Positions 13,178 to 28,190 of a DNA stretch of 64,000 bases are shown here, in pieces. Numbering within the stretch: position 1 is the first letter of the stretch; the number at the start of each line of letters is the position of its first letter. The notes below the pieces were generated by a model. It worked only from the letters and a program-made list of their open reading frames with translations. It searched no databases and was not told the origin of the DNA. Source of the DNA: Octopus vulgaris (Eukaryota). The translations under genes and the position numbers were made by a program. The DNA lies in the NCBI GenBank assembly GCA_951406725.2, contig OX597835.1, positions 36,828,001 to 36,892,000 on the forward strand, read 5' to 3'.

Positions 13178-13692
13178 CGGAAGGTAACTTTGTTGGTGCA
13201 ATCCCATGGTCATTCATAAACAAAGGGGGTCTTTGTCCTTTACCCTATGCACATATAATGATGTTGAGAGGGGAGGCTGGTATGCATGGACGACTGCTGG
13301 TCTTCCATAAACAACCTTGCCTGGACTTGTGCCTCGGAAGGTAACTTTGTTGGTGCAATCCCATGGTCATTCATGACCAAAGAGGGTCTTTACCCTTTAC
13401 CCTATGTACATATAGTGGCGTAGAGAGGGGAGGCTGGTATGCATGGACAACTGCTGGTCTTCCATAAACAACCTTGCCTGGACTTGTGCCTCGGAAGGTT
13501 ACTTTGTTGGTGCAATCCCATGGTCATTCATGACCAAAGAGGGTCTTTACCCTTTACCCCATGTACATATAGTGGCGTAGAGAGGGGAGGCTGGTATGCA
13601 TGGACAACTGCTGGTCTTCCATAAACAACTTTGCCTGGACTTGTGCCTCGGAAGGAAACTTTGTTGTGCAATCCCATGGTCATTCATGACCA
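13178..13692 (+). repeat. Tandem array of about 3.3 copies of a ~157-bp unit (probable SINE/LINE 3' end with TTTACCC tail)
   Basis: CGGAAGG(T)AACTTTGTTG recurs at about 13178, 13336, 13492 and 13649. Confidence 0.85.
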
Positions 13693-13995
13693 AAAGGTGG
13701 GGGTCTTCGATTTTTAAAGGGTTAAACAAAATTATAAGTACTGGGGTTGGATATGATCAACAAAAAGCCTTCATGATAGTGCCCCAGCATGGCTACACTA
13801 CAGTCATTGAAGCAAGGGCATTGAAACATAGGCACAGGAGTGGCTGTGTGGTAAGTAGCTAGCTAACCAACCGCATGGTTCCGGGTTCAGTCCCACTGCG
13901 TGGCATCTTGGGCAAGCGTCTTCTGCTATAGCCCTGGGCCGACCAAAGCCTTGTGAGTGGATTTGGCAGTCAGAAACTGAAAGAAGCCTGTCGTA

Positions 13996-14035
<40 letters not shown>

Positions 14036-14405
14036 GTATAGGAAAGAATGGAGATTTAACAAAATTCCTTTATTTTATTTTCGACATATGTTTCGAAGTC
14101 TGCAATATTTCACGTCGACATTTTTAAGCATAAAGCGGAATTCTATAATGCTGCCCTGTCAAAAGCTGGTTATAGGGAAAAGGTAACATATATAGACCTG
14201 GCCCTTCCGAAACCAGAATTTTCTCATCGGGATAAGTCAACTTACAATAATATAAATAATATAAGTAGTGATGGTAGCTTTAGTAATATCGACACAAGTA
14301 CAGCTAACACAAATATAGCTAACATAAATAATTTGCGGTCCAAGGGAGACCATCGTAGGCCAAAACCCATTATTCAACCCAGAGATGCCCCCCTTAATGT
14401 AAGAG

Positions 14406-15416
14406 TTGACTCTCCGAGCCAGTACTAGAACAGGAAAAAACTATATCTGGTTTGTGATTCCCTTTGGTAAACAAATCAGATCTAACCTACCGTTGCAGTT
14501 CCGCCAAGCCATTGCCAGAAATTTTCCCAGAAATTTGAGATATTACTCCACTATAAATTCGCACAAAGTAAGGATAGCTTTCTCAAATACTAAAAATCTT
14601 TCACAGATAATTGCCTCCCATAACATTAAGCTGCTAAATAAGGCCCTGTCACCCATGAGCAGAGACTCTGCCCCGTTAAATTCCAACATAAGATATAGTA
14701 ATAATAATAATAATAGAAGTAGCACAGATATTAGCAGCCTTCATACCAGCATTGGCGTTAGTAATAGTAATAAGGATAAGAGCACTGACCTCGTCATTAA
14801 CGGAGGGAGTCTCAACAATAATATTAGCAGCGGTTTTAACAACAGTAGTTTTACGGACATTATCAATCACAGCATTCCCAGAAACAGGGAATATGCAGGT
14901 GATATTGCCTTAAATAGTAATGATAATGGGGTGAATAGTATCGAATCCAGCGGTAGTTTTTACAACCATCATAGTAATAAGAACGCTGTATTAGTATCGG
15001 AAACTAATCCCAATAGAATAAGGTTCTTATCAAATAACTCCAAAATTAGAAACGCCATTTACCAGTGCAGAATTTATGCTGGATCCGATGTCTTCCTCTA
15101 TATCGGCGCTACATCATCTAAATTAGCCACAAGAATATCGAACCATTTTTCCACATTTAGGGATAAAAAGAAACAACACTCTACTGGGCTAAGCAAATTA
15201 GTCTGGCGTTTGAAGAACACGAATTCAACTTTTAGGCTGGAATGGTCAATATTATCGGTGACTTTACCGTTTGATAAGGGCAAAAAAATCTGTGCCCTAT
15301 GTAATTCCGAACTCTTTCATATTCTGTTTGCCCAAGGCCGACTAATAAACTCGATTGTGGAGAGTTCTTTCAGATGCCCACACTGGAAAAAGCATACCTT
15401 TTTCTCATACCAATGA
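14406..15416 (+). pseudogene. PLE C-terminal region with GIY-YIG endonuclease (truncated; the ORF start is not a real start)
   Basis: IWFVIPF...HN linker, NAIYQCRI...LYIGAT...RISNH, C..C..E, C-terminal CPH. Confidence 0.85.
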
Positions 15417-15950
15417 AGTCTAATATAGATAACCCCTGGATTTCCTAAAAAATTTGAAAGGTGATACCTCATCCCTGTTAGTATAAAAGACTTTCTCATA
15501 GTTGCCAAGAACTACTACCAATCCCAACAGTAACCTTGTATCTTGTCATTGCTATTGTGGCCGCCCTCTCCCTATTAAGTTGTCACATTCGAGCACACAG
15601 ACACAGTCTTTTCAGTTCTTGACCGTTAATTCTTGCTATCTCTCTCTCTCTGCATTCCACACACACTTTCACGCATTCAAAGACGCACACACACATACAT
15701 TAATTTTACACACTCATACATCCGAGCACTCATTTACAGAATACATTCACACTCTTTAATTTTCCTATACCTTCCTTCTACTACCTTAATGCTGCCCTTG
15801 AACTATCTCAACGGACAATTTCTTCTGCTTTCATCCAATCTGGCGTCAACCTCTATAAATAGACATTTTTTATCATTATTTTTATGGGCTCCTCGTGAGC
15901 AGTCGTCGAAAAGCTTGTTGTGCATTTTGTTGGAGAATTAAGATCCTGGT

Positions 15951-16034
15951 TTTTCCTGAAGAGGAAGCTGCATAATGGACTCCTTATTCACTCGGAATTA
16001 GGAACTTTGCAGACTTCAAAACATATGTCGAAAA
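15951..16034 (+). ncRNA. Type I hammerhead ribozyme of the PLE pLTR (G12 mutated to A in this copy)
   Basis: TTTTC-CTGAAGA-G-GAAGCTGCA...TGCAGACTTC-AAAA-C-ATAT-G-TC-GAAAA; the inverted copy near 14080-14105 retains GAAA. Confidence 0.8.
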
Positions 16035-16357
16035 TAAAATAAAGGAATTTTGTTAAATCTTCGTTCAGCTCCATTCTTTCCTATACTTAATATATAAAAC
16101 TTCAAATTTCCGCACTAAGGCACGGATTTTATGCCCTATGGTCGTAACTTCAACCGTGCCCTTTCTGTTGTGAGTTTGCTAACCAGGTATCGGTTATCTT
16201 TCGAATTATCCATAATAAAATAATTCACTTGTCTACTTAAATATATATATATATATTTATTTTATAGAAGGAGCTTCTATAAAATAAATTAATTTACTCT
16301 GCCATGTATTGAGTACCTTATTTACTGTGGTTAACCCCGACTCAACCCAGGGCCTAC

Positions 16358-16405
<48 letters not shown>

Positions 16406-17004
16406 TTGTCCCCCTAGCATTGCTTGACAACCGATGCTAGTGTGTTTATGTCCCCGTCACTTAGCGGTTCGGCAAAAAAGAGACTGATAGAATAAGTACT
16501 GGGCTTACAAAAAAGAATAAGTCCCGCAGTCGATTTGCTCGACTAAAGGCGGTGCTCCAGCATGGCCGCAGTCAAATGACTGAAACAAGTAAAAGAGAAA
16601 AGAGAGTAAGGGAAAGATGAGAGATAAAAGCTATATAAATTCCCTGTGTTTCAGGGATTATATACTCCATTGAAGCTTGGTGTTATTCTTGTCAGAAACA
16701 ATAAGCTGCCCAGTTTAATTCTCCTCGTTTGCACCAGATTCATTTCGTTAAGTATCTTTTATATTTCCTCGCATCAACTAAATTGCAAGATCCTGACTGA
16801 ATAGTGTTCAGCACTCCTTGTTCTCTGCCTACAATATATTGTATAGGTGCGAGTGTGTGTGTGCGTGTGAGCGTGTGTCTGTGTGTGTGTGAAAATACAT
16901 GCGTGTTTGTATGTCTGTGTGCCAGTGTTTAAAAATACACATGAGCATGTATCTGTGTGTGAGTATAATTATATATATATATATATATTTCTATGTATAT
17001 ATGG

Positions 17005-17076
<72 letters not shown>

Positions 17077-17206
17077 AGAGAGAGAGAGAGAGAGAGATAA
17101 ATAGATATATAGATATAGATATATATATTTATGTATGTATATATGTATGTATGTATATCTATATATCTATCTATATCTATATACACATATACATATACTT
17201 ATATGC

Positions 17207-17237
<31 letters not shown>

Positions 17238-17284
17238 CACTCACACACACATACACAAACACACACATATATATATAAATATAT

Positions 17285-17358
<74 letters not shown>

Positions 17359-17748
17359 TATATGCACATGTGTGTGCAGGAGTCCAGTGAACTTGCCATG
17401 GAGAGTGGAAAATCCTATGTTTTATAAAGAGTTTTTCCCCCGGAGCAAAGTCGACAGTAGAGAAATTAATGAGAAACGGCAGAATTTTACATCTGCTAAG
17501 AATTTAACTCTTTCTCATTAATTAATTTCTCCCCTGTCAACTTCTCCCTGACAAACGACTGTCCGAAACGGTGGATTTTCAACTCCTTACAGTAAGTTTC
17601 CTGCACTTGTTTTATTAATTTTCTACACACATACATGTATGTGTGTCTATACACACATATACATATATGTGTGTATATGTACACACACACACACTTACAC
17701 ACATGTACATGCATGCGTCTCTCTCTTTTCATGACACACACACACACA

Positions 17749-17923
17749 CTCTTTTACTTGTTTTAGTCATTTGACTGTGGCCATGCTGGAGGAACACCTT
17801 TTAGTTGAGCAAATCGACCCCAGGACTTATTCTTTGTAAGCCTAGTACTTATTCTATCGCTTTCTTTTGCGCTAAGTTATGGTTGTCAAACGATGTTGCG
17901 GGGACAAACACAGACACACAAAC

Positions 17924-18000
<77 letters not shown>

Positions 18001-18160
18001 GGACTTCTTTCAGTTTCCGTCTACCAAATCCACTCACAAGGCTTTGGTCAGCCTGAGAGCTATAGTAGAAGACACTTGCCCAAGGTGCCATGCATAGGAC
18101 TGAACTCGGAACCATGTGGTTGGTAAGCAAGTTACTTACCACACAGCCACTCCTACGCCT
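17749..18160 (-). mobile_element. Family-A SINE
   Basis: Head, internal (TA)n and tail as in other copies (internal deletion). Confidence 0.85.
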
Positions 18161-18214
18161 AAAATATATATATATATATATATATATATTTGTAATATAT
18201 ATATATATGTATAA

Positions 18215-18245
<31 letters not shown>

Positions 18246-18365
18246 ACCCATGCTAGCATGGTGAACGGATGTTAAACGATGATGATGATATATATATATA
18301 TATATAACATTATTGGTGAATTGAAGAAATGGAGCTGAACTACAAGATTATTCATCTTTCTATTT

Positions 18366-19519
<1,154 letters not shown>

Positions 19520-19685
19520 AAAAAAAATATATATATCTATATATATTACGGAGATGTACTTGCATAGCAAGTGATTTGATCTGGATCGAGTGCTGAAACG
19601 AAAACAATTGCAGCATGGAAGGTGTTTGTAAGTCATTTAAGAAACACACAAAAGCCGTTCGATTCACTTCAACATTTAAGTTTAA

Positions 19686-19736
19686 TTTGTCAAAATATTT
19701 TCGTCGCTTTAAGACCGCGACCTGTTCACTGACAAA
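19686..19736 (-). ncRNA. Minimal type I hammerhead, G3:C8 variant
   Basis: TTTGTCA-GTGAACA-G-GTCGC-loop-GCGAC-GAAA-ATAT-TT-TGACAAA. Confidence 0.75.
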
Positions 19737-19771
19737 AATCCGTGCTGCATCCGTGAGATGCAGCACGGATT

Positions 19772-19822
19772 TTTGTCAGTGAACAGGTCGCAGTCTTAAA
19801 GCGACGAAAATATTTTGACAAA
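19772..19822 (+). ncRNA. Minimal type I hammerhead, G3:C8 variant
   Basis: Same motif on the plus strand in the other arm. Confidence 0.75.
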
Positions 19823-19903
19823 TTAAACTTAAATGTTGAAGTGAATCGAACGGCTTTTGTGTGTTTCTTAAATGGCTTACAAACACCTTCCACGCTGCAA
19901 TTG

Positions 19904-19945
<42 letters not shown>

Positions 19946-20173
19946 ACTATGAAGATATTTAGACCTCTTAGTGGGATGTTTTTATCCAAGATACACTAGT
20001 TTATATATTGTATTTTTGAACAGATATTTCTTCAATGAACACATTACGTAAAATATCATAAAATATCAAATATTATCATTAAATTTGGAAATGGAGAGAT
20101 ATAATGGATACAAATTAATTTATCAATTTGTATCCATTATATCTCTCTGAAAATTTTATAATTATATACACAT

Positions 20174-20210
<37 letters not shown>

Positions 20211-20214
<4 letters not shown>

Positions 20215-20406
20215 ACTGTTGGCGATTTTTTCGCTCGTCTTCCCTTCTCTGGATCTTTCCTTTTCCTATGTTTCTGACGAAGAGCTCCGCTCGAAACGTT
20301 AAACCCTCCTTCTTCCCTTCCTTCCTGAGCATCCAATAATACTATATTTGTTCCATGTCCTCACACTGTTGCGTTTTCTCTTTGTGTTTTCATGTTTGGA
20401 TTCACT
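20211..20406 (+). mobile_element. Solo PLE pseudo-LTR-like unit in (TA)n
   Basis: About 195-bp unit between TA arrays, containing a canonical minimal hammerhead. Confidence 0.7.
20270..20304 (+). ncRNA. Minimal type I hammerhead ribozyme (canonical C3:G8)
   Basis: GTTT-CTGACGA-A-GAGC-TCC-GCTC-GAAACGT-T-AAAC; palindromic ACGT helix III. Confidence 0.85.
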
Positions 20407-21145
20407 ATATATATATATATATATGCTCCGATGGATGTGTAATGTCAGTGTGCAAGCTCAACAGAGTGTAAGTACCTTGAGAGAAAAGTTGGACCTAAGA
20501 AACAGGAGATAGGATACTTGTGAGAGTCCAAATATGGCCAGTTTGAAGATAAAACAATTAGAAAATTTTGGCTAGATGTGGTCGGTTTAACGCTAAAAGG
20601 GTAAAGAATGTGAAGCATTCTGCTCTGTTCATTTTGGGAGAATGACAGCCTTTCTAGTTCTTTATGCAGATCTGTTGTTATGTAGCCCTCAGCTCCGATG
20701 ATTATAGCTAAATAAAAAATCTATAGCCTGAATATAAGAGCTGTAGGTTTCTCATTCATTCTCCATAGATGTTTTCCTGTTTGCCAATTTTTCCACTAAA
20801 CTTTCCTACCCGACCAGCAGAGCTGCCAGTCATTACAACAGAACATGATTTTTGCTTCTTGATCCATAGAGCAATATTTGATTGTATTGGGTTGCTCTCT
20901 TCATTGGAAAGTTCCATTGATGTTCTTCATTCTCAAATGTGTGGGTGCATTCCCATTTTGGTATACCTTTCATATGGCCATCAAGACAATCTTACCTACG
21001 GATAGTGTGCATGTGTGTGTGTGTGTTTGAGTGTGTGCACATGTGTATGCATGTTCTCCACCCTGGAAATACAGGATGTGACTGGTAATATCTACATGCA
21101 TACTTATATGTGTGTGTGTGTATGTTTTTATATATATATATATAT

Positions 21146-21373
21146 TTCGTTATTGTCCACAGGGGGCTAAACGCAGAGGGGTCAAACAAGGACAGACAAA
21201 CGGATTAAGTCAATTATATCGACCCCAGTACGTAACTGGTACTTAATTTATCGACCCCGAAAGGATGAAAGGCAAAGTCGACCTCGGTGGAATTTGAACT
21301 CAGAATGTAACGGCAGATGAAATGCCGCTTAGCATTTCGCCCGGCATGCTAATGATTCTGCCAGTTCACCGCC
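21146..21373 (-). mobile_element. SINE family C (Nin-domain-like core)
   Basis: Minus strand GGCGGTGAACTGGCAGAATC head, GAGTTCAAATTCC B-box and GCCTTTCATCCTTTCGGGGTCGATAAATTAAGTACCAG core. Confidence 0.75.
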
Positions 21374-21434
21374 CTAATATACAAATGCATATTTACATAC
21401 ATACATATATATATAATATATATATATATACATA

Positions 21435-23942
21435 TGGTGGTGGAACACTGTAGTTGACAGGGCTATTAGACAAAAGAGACAGGCTTGGAAGGACTGGAAG
21501 AACGGTGGTAGCAGGGAATTGTATCAGACAGCCAGAAGGGAAGCTAGGAGACAGGTTTATTTAGCCAGAGGGGAAGCGGATAAGAAAAAATTTGCCAATG
21601 TTCTGAGCCATGAGGATGAAAGACTTGAGGTATTTCGTGTTGCAAGACAGTGTGTGAGAGAGAATCGTGATGTGGTAGGAGAGAAGTGTGTTCGCATGGA
21701 TGATGGTTCACTTGTGCTAAATGAGTATGCAAAGAGAGAGGTTTGGAGATGCCACTATGAAAGGTTGCTGAATAAAGAAAATGAATGGGATAAAGAGTGT
21801 CTGCCGAATGTCAACCCAACAGAGCATGAAGACAGGGAAAGCCCCAGGCCCATCAGGAATTACTGCAGAGATGCTCAAAATATCTGGCAGTGTCGGCTAT
21901 AACCTAGTCACCCGTATAGTCAACCAGGTGATACACGAAGGAGTCATACCCAATGACTGGTGTAGCAGCATACTAGTCAACTGCTACAAAGGTAAAGGTG
22001 ATGCCCTGGATACAAATAATTACAGAGGTATCAAGCTGTTGGATCAGGTAATGAAGGTTACGGAGAGGGTCATAGCCCAACTAATTAGAGAGAGAGTTAG
22101 TTTAGATGAGATGCAGTTTGGGTTGTCCCAGGGAAAAGCACCACTGATGCTATATTCCTGGTAAGGCAGCTGCAGGAGAAACACCTAGCCAAGGATAAGC
22201 CCTTGTACCTGGCTTTCGTTGACATGGAGAAAGCTTTTGATAGGGTCCCCCGATCCCTCATCTGGTGGTCAATGAGGAAACTAGGGATAGATGAATGGCT
22301 GGTGAGGGCTGTGCAAGCCATGTACAGAGATGCCGTAAGTAAGGTTAGGATTGGCAACATGTACACAGAAGAATTCAAAGTAGAGGTTGGGGTCCACCAG
22401 GGTTCAGTACTCAGCCCCCTCCTATTTATCATAGTCCTCCAGGCAATTACGGAGGAATTCAAGACAGGTTGCCCCTGGGAGCTCCTCTACGCTGACGACC
22501 TTGCTCTAATTGCTGAGTCACTATCAGAACTGGAGGAGAAGTTCCAGGTGTGGAAGGAGGGTTTAGAATCGAGGGGCCTTAGAGTCAACCTAGCTAAAAC
22601 CAAAGTACTAATAAGTAGGAAGGTAGACAATCCACAAATGTCTTCAGGAAGATGGCCCTGCTCGATCTGTAGAAAAGGTGTAGGTAGAAACTCTATAAGA
22701 TGTACCCAGTGTAAGCTATGGACACTAAGAGGTGCAGCAATGTCAAAGGTAGGCTAACTGGGAAGATAGTTTTTGTATGTGGCAGATGCTTGGGAGCATT
22801 AACCTCCGAAAATCTGCAGAAAACAACTTCCGTCACTTTCCAGGGGAAAAACTAGAAGTAGTTGATAGCTTCCGTTATCTAGGTGACCAAGTCAGTAGTG
22901 GGGGTGGGTGCGCTGAAAGTGTAACTGCTAGAATAAGAATAGCCTGGGCAAAGTTTAGGGAGCTCTTACCTCTGCTGGTGACTAAAGGCCTCTCGCTCAG
23001 AGTAAAAGGCAGACTGTATGATGCATGTGTACGAACAGCCATGCTACAAGGCAGTGAAACATGGGCCGTGACTGCTGAGGACATGCGTAAGCTCGTGAGG
23101 AATGAAGCCAGTATGCTCCGATGGATGTGTAATGTCAGTGTACATACTCGACAGAGCGTTAGTACCTTGAGAGAAATGTTGTACCTAAGAAGCATCAGTT
23201 GTGGTGTGCAAGAGAGACGATTGCGCTGGTATGGTCATGTGGTGAGAATGGATGAAGATAGGTGTGTGAGAAAGTGCCAATCCCTAGCAGTTGAGGGAAC
23301 CCGTGGAAGAGGTAGACCCAGGAAAACCTGGGACGAGGTGGTGAAGCACGACCTTTGAACTTTAGGCCTCACTGAGGAAATGACCAGCGACCGAGACCTT
23401 TGGAAATATGCTGTACGTGAGAAGACCAGGCAGGACAAGTGAGCCCAGCCCACTTATGAATGCCTTTCCTCCCTTGGACACAAAGACCTGTTGAGGCAAG
23501 CGAAGTCAGTATAGAACCTCATCCGACGACAGGCACCCATGCCAACCCCCTTTGCTTGCGAAGACATGTTGGGTCAAGCGAAATAGAAATCGAATTGAAC
23601 CAGCCAGGATCCCTGGTCTGGTGGTACGTAAAAAGCACTATCCGACTCGTGGCCGATGCCAGCGCCGCCTCGACTGGCTTCCGTGCCGGTGGCACATAAA
23701 ATACACCAATCCGACCATGGCCGTTGCCAGCCTCGCCTGGCACCTGTGCAGGTGGCACGTAAAAAGCACCCACTACACTCACGGAGTGGTTGGCGTTAGG
23801 AAGGGCATCCAGCTGTAGAAACATTGCCAGATAAGACTGGAGCCTGGTGCAGCCTTCTGGCTTCCCAGATCCCCGGTCGAACCGTCCAACCCATGCTAGC
23901 ATGGAGAACGGACGTTAAACGATGATGATGATGATGATGATG

Positions 23943-23943
<1 letters not shown>
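21435..23943 (+). mobile_element. 5'-truncated RTE-clade LINE with RT, 3' UTR and (GAT)n tail; frameshifted
   Basis: Consecutive ORFs: GKAPGPSGI, NYRGIKLL, FVDMEKAFDRVPR, GVHQGSVLSP, LLYADD, FRYLG, RRLRWYGHV, GRPRKTW. Confidence 0.93.
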
Positions 23944-23973
<30 letters not shown>

Positions 23974-24259
23974 CGTTTATGAATTTGTGTTGCAAGATTC
24001 CTGATGTGAAGCGATGTGTTGAAACAAATATTGTTATATTTTGAGATGGTTATTTTTTTTTTTTTTGCCAAATAAACACATGCATTATATATTCGTTCTT
24101 CACTCATTTATTCCTGTTCTTATTCCTCATGTCCATTGTCTGGAAATCTTTCATCACACATCTGTGACCTCCTCAGCAACAAATCTATATCTGTATGTAT
24201 ATAAAACAAATCTATATCTGTATGTATGTATATATATATATAAAACAAATCTATATATG

Positions 24260-24304
<45 letters not shown>

Positions 24305-24337
24305 ACACACACACACACACACATATATACATACATA

Positions 24338-24368
<31 letters not shown>

Positions 24369-25905
24369 CCTATTGAGTCAAGTACATCAACATCAAAATA
24401 AAAACCAAAAGATGATGCTGATGATGATAAAGACCTGGTCAATTCAACATGTGCAACTATCAATCCAGACTTGTTTTTTTTTTTATTTTTCCTCTTTCCA
24501 TCTGTATTTTTTTCCTGCTCATTCCTTTCTGTAGAAGAGCATAGGCTTGAAACATCAAGAACTCTTCCATTTTTTTCTTGTGCATCAAACTAATACAGCT
24601 TGTTTATTGTTCTCTCACCTGTCTCCTGTTTTATATACACATATGTGTGTGTGTGTATGTGTGTGTGTTAGGATATTAGGGTTGTGTTTGAAAGTTCTGT
24701 CTGCCATTTAGCATCTAGTTAAAAGTACAACCACGATAATTAGCATTGCATATTTAATCACTAATCGTCTCATTATCTCTGTAATTTCTTTCATTTTCTG
24801 TCACCAACTTAAAGTGTTCTTCATTTTGTATGCAGCAGTCACCTTCCATTAACATCACATACATTGCTGTCCTATTTATTTGATAAAACTCTCCACTACT
24901 TCCTTCCGTCAAGATTTTTCTGTACCTGACTATTAGCTTTTATCGCCCAATCAGCCATAATATTTGATCAGTTCATAGCTTTTGGTTTGGCTGAACCTAT
25001 GCACCAGCTTCACAGTTGTTTTGTAGTCCCAAGCAGGTTTATTCCACAGAGATTCTCAGCTGTTGTCTTCTATGCTACATGTTTTCATATCTTTGGCCTC
25101 AGTTTCAAAGGTATCAATTAGAATTTCTCTAAATTTATACCCCATTCTTTTAGCTTTCAAAAAAACTGAAAGATGCCTATATATATGTGTGTGTGCATGT
25201 ATGTGTGTACATATGTGTGCAATTGTGTGTGTGTGTGCCTTTGTATTTGTGTTTGTTCATCATTACCACTTGACAACAAGAATTGGTTTGTTTGCATCCC
25301 TAACTATTGGATTGGCAACAGAGACTGATAGAATAAATACAAGACTTCAAATAATTAAGTACTTGATTTATTCCACTAAAACCCTTCAAAATTGTGCACC
25401 AACATTAGCCATAGTCCAATAACTGAAACAAATAAAAGATTTCTCAGGTAACAGTATATTTAACCCACTCCTGTTGTCACTTTTCTTTGTGCAGAAAAAT
25501 TAGTATTGTTATTTGTTGCTGGTGAGAAGTTTGGTTGAGGATCCTTTCCATCATACTTTTTGCACACAACACACATCTACTCATAGCCACTCCAGTATCT
25601 CTACAATCTCACCTGATCTACCTTTCAACATTCCTACATTGATGGCTATGACCCTAAAATTTTGGAACTGACAGGAAGGAAGATTAGATTTTTGGTTGTA
25701 AGGCTGTTTGCTTCATAGATGTTGCTTGATGACTTCTGACTTGTAAAGAACAAGAAAGTTTTTGCCATGGCTTGTGAGTATTTAGAAGATTCACAGACAC
25801 ACAATTGTGGTTCTTTTTCATTTAATTTGCTATATTCATTCTCCATCACATGCTATACATGTTACTATAAGTGCTGATTATAGCTGTTATCAACAAATAT
25901 TCCTA

Positions 25906-27062
<1,157 letters not shown>

Positions 27063-27065
27063 AAA

Positions 27066-28190
27066 AAGTGGTATCAAAAAGTTCTCGGACTACTTCTGTA
27101 GCACACCAACAGATGACAGCACATGGTTGCATGTGAAGTGAGAGCTAGCAGTGATCTTCATGAGGCAGTGTGCCAAGCGACATCACTGTGTTTACTTCGC
27201 AAGTTGTGAAATTTGTGCTTTTGTGATCACGTGTATGCTGTAGTCTGCAATTTTGTTCTGGACAGGAGCCAATGGGAAATTTTGCATTAAATTTGGGTTG
27301 TCTGTTACAGAGACACTGGTCATGCTTTGGCAAGCTTACAGCAATGAGGCAATGGGTCGTATGTGGTGGCACATGGCCTAGTGATTAGAGCAGCGGACTC
27401 GCGATCAAAGGATCACGGGTTTGAATCTCAGATAGGGTGGTGTGTGTGTTTATGAGCGAAACTCCTAAGCTCCACGCGGCTCCAGCAGAAGGTAATGGCA
27501 AAACTTCTGCTGACTCTTTCGCCACAACTTTCTCTCACTCTTTCCTCCTGCACCTTGCAGCTCATGTGCGATGGACCAGTGTCCCGTCCAGGTGGGGAAC
27601 CTATATGTCAAGGAAACTGGGAAACCGGCCCTTATGAGCCAGGCGTGGCTCGAGAAGGAACAAACAACAATGGGTCATACGCAATGTTTTGAGTGTCACA
27701 GGTGTTCCAAAAGCTGAAGCACATCCTGAATGACGATGACTGATCTTGAAGACCTGCCCAGAAATTCATACCCCAGGGCCAAACTGTCAATCGAGAATTC
27801 TACTACAGCTTTTTAACCCTTTAATGTTCGTATTATTCTGCCAAAATTAATCCTTTTTTATCCACATTGTTTTGAACTAATCAGGCATTATCCTGTAGTT
27901 ATGAGATTTTGATGAGGTAGCTGTTAATTTTTTAAACGATATTGTAGGGTTGGTGTGAGAGACCAGATAGGGCCAGTTTGAACATAAAACAAGCAGAATA
28001 CTTCTGGCCGGATATGGCCAGTTTAAATGCTAAAGGGTTAAAGCATATGTAGGAGGACATTTGGTGAAAGCGACTGAATCTGTGGTGTGCGAAGAATTGG
28101 ATTCTTCACAACAACGATGCATTCTGTCACAGAGCTCTCCTCAAACGTGAGTTTCTTGTCAAAAGCAACATGACATCACTTCTGCACAAT
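27066..28190 (+). pseudogene. Decayed mariner-like transposon interrupted by a family-B SINE (27364-27670) and a TTAA-CCCTTT MITE (about 27812-28041)
   Basis: Remnant translations TETLVML..AY..EAM and PQGQTVNREFY; MITE ends TTAACCCTTT / AAAGGGTTAA. Confidence 0.6.

Larger units (their letters stand above)
14031..16240 (+). mobile_element. 5'-truncated Penelope-like element (Neptune-like) with inverted 5' pLTR fragment, 3' pLTR and tail
   Basis: 14031-14105 is the reverse complement of 16007-16091 (10-nt deletion). Coding from about 14110 (FYNAALSKAGY) is frameshifted into the GIY-YIG ORF. (TA)n flanks. Confidence 0.88.
13829..16609 (+). mobile_element. Family-A SINE split by a PLE insertion (head 13829-13996, tail about 16400-16609)
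   Basis: SINE halves are collinear and flank the PLE, which sits in the internal (TA)n. Confidence 0.8.
19549..19905. mobile_element. Miniature palindromic PLE pLTR insertion (two inverted hammerhead-bearing arms, 5-nt spacer, 54-nt unpaired tail)
   Basis: 19603-19751 is approximately the reverse complement of 19757-19905; homologous to 53769-53970; flanked by (TA)n. Confidence 0.9.

Noticed and set aside
13178-13692. CRISPR-like array
   Set aside because: Whole units repeat with no unique spacers, there are no cas genes, and the context is eukaryotic.
17540-17580. Hammerhead-like CTGACAA...GTCCGAAACGGT
   Set aside because: The core and helix pairing are too degenerate to call.
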